The position numbers and the translations under genes are program-made. A stretch of 63,691 bases of DNA, filler included, from an uncultured bacterium (GTDB taxonomy: Bacteria; CAYJRR01), in the NCBI GenBank assembly GCA_964372275.1. It is 3 parts of 3 records of this genome, joined end to end, with 100 filler letters (N's around TTAATTAATTAA, not from the genome) between each part and the next. Parts side by side here need not be neighbours in the genome. Positions count along the whole stretch, not along the records: positions 44,511 to 63,691 come from CAYJRR010000088.1; 2 more parts are not named here. The stretch is one strand, 5' to 3'. How positions within the stretch are numbered: position 1 is the first letter of the stretch; every line of letters begins with the position of its first letter. The notes beneath the pieces were generated by a model that saw nothing but the letters and a program-made list of their open reading frames with translations, did not search any database and was not told the DNA's origin. Shown one piece after another: positions 58,927 to 63,691 of the stretch.

Positions 58927-61074
58927 CTACGTCCCGACGCCGGCCGCCTTGCGCGGCGTCCGCGACGCGAGGATCGCCAGCGCCTCGTCGCGGGTGAGCG
59001 ACTTCTTCTCCAGCAGGCGCGCCGCCATCTCGTCCAGCAGGGCGCCGTTCTCCTCGAGCAGGCGCTGCACCCGCGAGTTCTGCTCGCGCAACAGCTGGTC
59101 GATCGCCTCGTCGATGCGCCGAGCGCGTTCGGGGGAGGGGGGGCGCGGAGCCCCTTCGCGGGCGGGGGCGAAGGAGCGCAGGTCGACGCCGTCCCCCATC
59201 CCCAGCTCCTCGATCATCAGCCGCGCGATCTCGGAGGCGCGGCGCAGGTCGTCCCAGGCTCCGATCGAGACGTCGGCGCAACGCAGCCGTTCGGCGATCC
59301 GCCCGCCGAGGCAGACGGCGAGGTCGTCGAGCAGGTCGGCGCGGGTGGTGACGTAGCGGTTCTTCCGCACCTCCTGCAGCACGTAGCCGAGGCGGTCCTC
59401 CTCCTCGGTCTCGATCGTCACCTTCTCGAAGGGGGAGGCGTTGGGCAGGAGCAGGGCGCAGAGCGCGTGCCCGGTCTCGTGGATGGCGATCGTCCGCTCC
59501 TCCTCCGGGGTAAGCGTCCGTTTCGCGCCGCGGGTCTTCATCGCCTTGTCGATCTCGGCCGCGTCGATCACGAACTTCTCCCGGCCGCCGCGACGGATCT
59601 CCTCCCGCTTCAGCGCGCGGAACAGCGCCTGCAGGTGGTCGCCGGTCCAGCGCCCGCCGAGTTCCGGGTCGACCGCGCCGCCGGTCCGCCGCACCAGGTG
59701 CTCCAGGCCCAAGTCGTCGATGTTGAGCCGGAACCGGTCGCGGTAGATGCGGGCGATCTCCCGCCGGTCGTCCTCGACCGGCCAGGGGATGTCGATCACG
59801 AACTCGAATCGCCCCGGCCGGAGCAGCGCCGGATCGAGCGACTCGACGAAGTTGGTCGTCCCCACCACGAACACCAGCTCCTCGCGGCGGAAGCCGTCCA
59901 TCTCGGTCAGGAGTTGGTTGACGATCGAGTGGTCGACGCCGTTGCCTCCTTGGTAGAGACCCCGTGAGCTGGCGATCGAGTCGAGCTCGTCGAAGACGAT
60001 CACCGCCGGCGCCGCGCGGCGCGCCCGCGCGAAGATGCGCCGAAGGTTCTCCTCGCTTTCGCCGTACCACTTCGATTTGAGCTCCGGACCGCTGACGACG
60101 ATGCAGGTGGCGTCGATCGCCGTGGCGAGCGCCTTGGCGAAGAAGGTCTTGCCGGTCCCCGGCGGCCCGGAGAAGACGATCCCGCGGGGGAGGAGCCCCT
60201 CGATCGCCTTGACCTCCTCCTCTCCGAGCCCGGCGTCCTTGCGGCGGAGCAGGGAGAGGATCTCGCTCTCCAGCTTCTCCTTCACCGCGGCATAGCCGCC
60301 GATGTCGGCGCGGAGGTCGACCCGCGGCACCTCCATGTCGCCGGTCAGCGTCATCTCGCGGATCTCGCGCAGGAGCTCCACCCGCGAAGAGGGGTGCGCC
60401 GGGTCGAAGTCGAGCCGGTTCTCGAGCTGCGCCAGGATCCGCCGCAGCTTGATCACGTTCACCCCGGACACGAACTTGTAGAGCGAATAGGGATCGAACT
60501 CGTCGACCCCCAGCTTGCGGGCCTCCTGCCGGCGCACCAGCTTCGGCAGCGACTCGCGCGGGATCCCGATCAGGAGCCGCCGGGCGGTGAAGAGGTCCTC
60601 GACCACCTTCGGGATCTCGAACGACGGGTCCTTGAATCCGAGGACGACCGCGTCCGGATTCTCGTAGAAGCGGGCGATCGCCTCGCGCGCCTCCATCGAC
60701 AGCCCGGACTTGGTGGTGGTGGTGAGGATGTCGAGGTGCGGGACGACGACGACCGTCCCCCGCTCGGCGGTGAGGACGGCGTCGCCCAGCTCCAGCAGGA
60801 CATTGGAGAGGACCGATCCGCCGCGCTCCCCCTCCTTCGGGCGGCCGGCCAGGAGTTTCACCGTCTTGGGCTCGCCGCGCGCGGCGTCCTTCAGCCGATC
60901 GCGGAGCTTCCGGTAGAGGAACTGGACGATCTGTTTGTCGCACTCGACCAGGACCGAAAGCCCGCGCCGCAGCTTGGCTTCGACCCAGTCGAGCGAGTCG
61001 CCGTAGGCGATCTCGACGGCGTCGTCGGGTTCGAGCTCCTCCGGAAGGGAGGCGAGGCGAACGCTGCCCGGCAT
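58927..61074 (-). CDS. Soluble FtsH-like protease (degenerate AAA-like + active AAA+ + M41 Zn-peptidase)
   Basis: GPPGTGKT, VIVFDELD, TTNF...LDPALLRPGRFE, HETGH, GGRIAE, GAWDD; no TM segments; ATG 61074 after GGAG (alternative 61134). Confidence 0.9.
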   Translation of the reverse strand: MPGSVRLASLPEELEPDDAVEIAYGDSLDWVEAKLRRGLSVLVECDKQIVQFLYRKLRDRLKDAARGEPKTVKLLAGRPKEGERGGSVLSNVLLELGDAVLTAERGTVVVVPHLDILTTTTKSGLSMEAREAIARFYENPDAVVLGFKDPSFEIPKVVEDLFTARRLLIGIPRESLPKLVRRQEARKLGVDEFDPYSLYKFVSGVNVIKLRRILAQLENRLDFDPAHPSSRVELLREIREMTLTGDMEVPRVDLRADIGGYAAVKEKLESEILSLLRRKDAGLGEEEVKAIEGLLPRGIVFSGPPGTGKTFFAKALATAIDATCIVVSGPELKSKWYGESEENLRRIFARARRAAPAVIVFDELDSIASSRGLYQGGNGVDHSIVNQLLTEMDGFRREELVFVVGTTNFVESLDPALLRPGRFEFVIDIPWPVEDDRREIARIYRDRFRLNIDDLGLEHLVRRTGGAVDPELGGRWTGDHLQALFRALKREEIRRGGREKFVIDAAEIDKAMKTRGAKRTLTPEEERTIAIHETGHALCALLLPNASPFEKVTIETEEEDRLGYVLQEVRKNRYVTTRADLLDDLAVCLGGRIAERLRCADVSIGAWDDLRRASEIARLMIEELGMGDGVDLRSFAPAREGAPRPPSPERARRIDEAIDQLLREQNSRVQRLLEENGALLDEMAARLLEKKSLTRDEALAILASRTPRKAAGVGT

Positions 61075-61250
61075 TTTTCTCCGCCCGTTGGGCTTGGGTA
61101 GGGGGACCTTCCCGAACCCCTCGGACTCTACCATGGCGTTGCGGGCCGGGCGCGCCCGCCCCACGGGACGCGCAGTCACCAGCCACCGTTCCGTATCACG
61201 GCATGCGAGCTGTGGTTCGGGATGGTGCGAAACTTGTAGGGCCGCGCGCC

Positions 61251-61454
61251 ATGACGGCGGGTACCTTCTGGCGCTCGAGGCCGCCCCGAGGCCAAGCCTC
61301 GGTCGAGTACGTCCTCGTCCTCGGCGCGGTCGTGGTGGCGGTGACCGCCGCGGCCCTGATCTTCGTGCCCGCGTTCCGTCACGGAGTGGAGCGGATGCAG
61401 GCCCGGGGGTGGATCAACTGGAACCTCCCCATGGACTGGATGCCATCCTCCTAG
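61251..61454 (+). CDS. Flp/Tad-like pilin with class III signal peptide
   Basis: RG/QASVEYVLVLGAVVVAV prepilin motif (E at +5, Y at +6). Confidence 0.7.
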   Translation: MTAGTFWRSRPPRGQASVEYVLVLGAVVVAVTAAALIFVPAFRHGVERMQARGWINWNLPMDWMPSS

Positions 61455-61569
61455 CGGAGAAGTCGAACCTCGCCCGGGCCGGACGCGGCCATCGGGGACT
61501 CCAAGCCCTTTGTTTCCACGGGCGAATCGCGCTAGTGTCGGCCTCTTGCGGCTGTCTCTCGGAGGGTCG

Positions 61570-63426
61570 ATGTCCGCCAGCGCATCCAGCGTCCCCACAC
61601 GGAATCGGGAAGAGCTCGAGGCCGTCGTCATCCGTTTCGCCGGCGACTCCGGCGACGGAATGCAACTAACGGGTTCGGAGTTTACCAAGACCGCGGCGCT
61701 CGTCGGCAACGACCTGGCCACCTTCCCCGACTTCCCGGCCGAGATCCGCGCGCCGGTCGGCACCACCTTCGGCGTCTCCGGGTTCCAGATCCACTTCTCC
61801 TCCCACGAGATCTTCACCCCGGGCGACCGGCCGGACGTGCTGGTGGCGATGAACCCGGCGGCGCTCACGACCAATCTGGCCGACCTGAAGCGGGGAGGGC
61901 TCCTGGTGGTGAACACCGGCGCCTTCACTGACGGCAACCTCACCAAGGCAGGATACAAGGCGAATCCACTCGAGGACGGCTCGCTCGACGCCTACCGGTT
62001 GCTGAAGATCGACATCTCGAAGCTCACGGCCGAAGCGACGGCCCCCTCGGCCGCCTCGGCGCGGGAGAAGGCGCGCTGCAAGAACTTCTGGACCCTGGGA
62101 TTGATGTACTGGATGTACGGCCGCCCGATCGAGCCGACCGAGAAGTGGATCGACGTGAAGTTCGCAAAGGTCCCCGAGGTCGCCGACGCCGACAAGCGGG
62201 CGCTCCGCGCCGGGTTCAACTACGGCGAGACGGCGGAGGTCGCGCCGTTCTACTACAGCGTTCCCAAGGCGAAGCTTCCGGCCGGGAAGTACCGGAACAT
62301 CACCGGCAACCAGGCGACGAGCTGGGGGATCGTGGCGGCGGCGCAGCTGTCGGGACTGAAGGTCCTGCTCGGCAGCTACCCGATCACGCCGGCCTCGGAC
62401 ATCCTCCACGAACTGTCGGCCCTCAAGCGCTTCGGGGTGCTGACCTTCCAGGCGGAGGACGAGATCGCGGCGATCGGCTCGGCGATCGGCGCCTCCTACG
62501 CCGGTGGCCTGGGCTTCACCACCTCCTCCGGTCCGGGGATCGCGCTCAAGACGGAAATGATCGGCTACGCGATCGTCACCGAGTTGCCGCTGGTGATCAT
62601 CGACGTGCAGCGCGGCGGGCCGTCGACGGGCCTTCCGACCAAGACCGAGCAGAGCGACCTGCTGCAGGCGGTCTACGGCCGCAACGGCGATTCGCCGTTG
62701 CCGGTGCTGGCGGCGGCGACGAGCGCCGAGTGCTTCCACATGGTGATCGAAGCGGCCCGCATCGCGGTGACGTACATGACGCCGGTGATCCTGCTGACCG
62801 ACGGTTACCTGGCGAACGGTTCCGAGCCGTGGCGGATCCCCGACATCGCATCGCTCCCCAAGATCGACGTCACGTTCCGGACCGAGACGGACGGATTCCA
62901 CCCCTTCCTGCGCGATCCCAAGACGCTGTCGCGGGTCTGGGCGGTCCCGGGGACGCCGGGGCTGATGCACCGGATCGGCGGCATCGAGAAGGACTACGAC
63001 ACCGGAAACATCAGCTACGCCCCGGCGAACCACGAGAAGATGACCAAGACCCGGGCGCAGAAGACGGCGAACGTGGCCGACGACGTCCCCCTGGCGGCGC
63101 TCGAGGTCGGCGAGGAGAGCGGCGACCTGCTGGTGGTCGGATGGGGCTCGACCCTCGGTGCCGTCTCTACCGCCGTGCGCAACTGCCGCGCGAGCGGCAT
63201 GAAGATCTCTCACCTGCACCTGCGCTACATGAACCCGCTGCAGAAGAACGTCGGGCAGATCGTCTCGCGGTTCAAGCGCGTGCTCGTCCCGGAGATGAAC
63301 AATGGCCACCTGGTGAAGATCCTCCGCAGCGAGTTCCTCTGCCCGGCGATCGGCTACAACAAGATCCAGGGAAAACCGTTCATGGTCTCCGAGGTGGAGT
63401 CGAGGATCCGCGAGGTGATGGGGTGA
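61570..63426 (+). CDS. korA: 2-oxoacid:ferredoxin oxidoreductase alpha subunit
   Basis: RFAGDSGDGMQLTG, SYPITPAS, QAEDEIAA, QRGGPSTGLPTKTEQSD, GWGST. Confidence 0.95.
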   Translation: MSASASSVPTRNREELEAVVIRFAGDSGDGMQLTGSEFTKTAALVGNDLATFPDFPAEIRAPVGTTFGVSGFQIHFSSHEIFTPGDRPDVLVAMNPAALTTNLADLKRGGLLVVNTGAFTDGNLTKAGYKANPLEDGSLDAYRLLKIDISKLTAEATAPSAASAREKARCKNFWTLGLMYWMYGRPIEPTEKWIDVKFAKVPEVADADKRALRAGFNYGETAEVAPFYYSVPKAKLPAGKYRNITGNQATSWGIVAAAQLSGLKVLLGSYPITPASDILHELSALKRFGVLTFQAEDEIAAIGSAIGASYAGGLGFTTSSGPGIALKTEMIGYAIVTELPLVIIDVQRGGPSTGLPTKTEQSDLLQAVYGRNGDSPLPVLAAATSAECFHMVIEAARIAVTYMTPVILLTDGYLANGSEPWRIPDIASLPKIDVTFRTETDGFHPFLRDPKTLSRVWAVPGTPGLMHRIGGIEKDYDTGNISYAPANHEKMTKTRAQKTANVADDVPLAALEVGEESGDLLVVGWGSTLGAVSTAVRNCRASGMKISHLHLRYMNPLQKNVGQIVSRFKRVLVPEMNNGHLVKILRSEFLCPAIGYNKIQGKPFMVSEVESRIREVMG

Positions 63427-63433
63427 AAAGACC

Positions 63434-63691
<258 letters not shown>

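Overview
This window is very GC-rich bacterial DNA. The gene content (MXAN_5808-type long Prc protease, Ser/Thr kinase-PilZ, J-domain/TPR protein plus a DnaK paralog, sigma-54 two-component system) suggests a Myxococcota/deltaproteobacterial draft genome or MAG; that is an inference. It is three unlinked pieces joined by artificial N44-TTAATTAATTAA-N44 spacers at 22523-22622 and 44411-44510, and there are three internal N gaps. Piece 1 (1-22522) holds a sigma-54 regulator and histidine kinase, an ABC operon, an LpxH-like/thrB/AarF/coiled-coil run, two SH3 proteins, two paralogous triheme cytochrome c lipoproteins, nrnA, an unannotated 22-aa Lys-rich microprotein gene with its own promoter, RBS and terminator, moaE/moaD and a Prc protease. 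Piece 2 (22623-44410) holds a kinase, an M23 peptidase, an acyl-CoA ligase, a secreted protein with a Tox-SHH-like HNH domain, tRNA-Val and tRNA-Arg, a probable ceramide operon (spt, GNAT ceramide synthase, pfkA, reductase), lhgO and dnaJ/dnaK-like genes. Piece 3 (44511-63691) holds a Kelch lipoprotein, ndh, erpA, moaA, a MazEF-type TA pair, TetR-like operators, korAB and the highlight: a tightly coupled five-gene operon of a soluble FtsH-like AAA+/M41 protease, a small protein, a 1250-aa protein, a MoxR/RavA ATPase and a degenerate vWA protein, resembling the computationally predicted but uncharacterised FtsH-MoxR-vWA ternary conflict systems. All family calls come from motifs read by eye, not from database searches.
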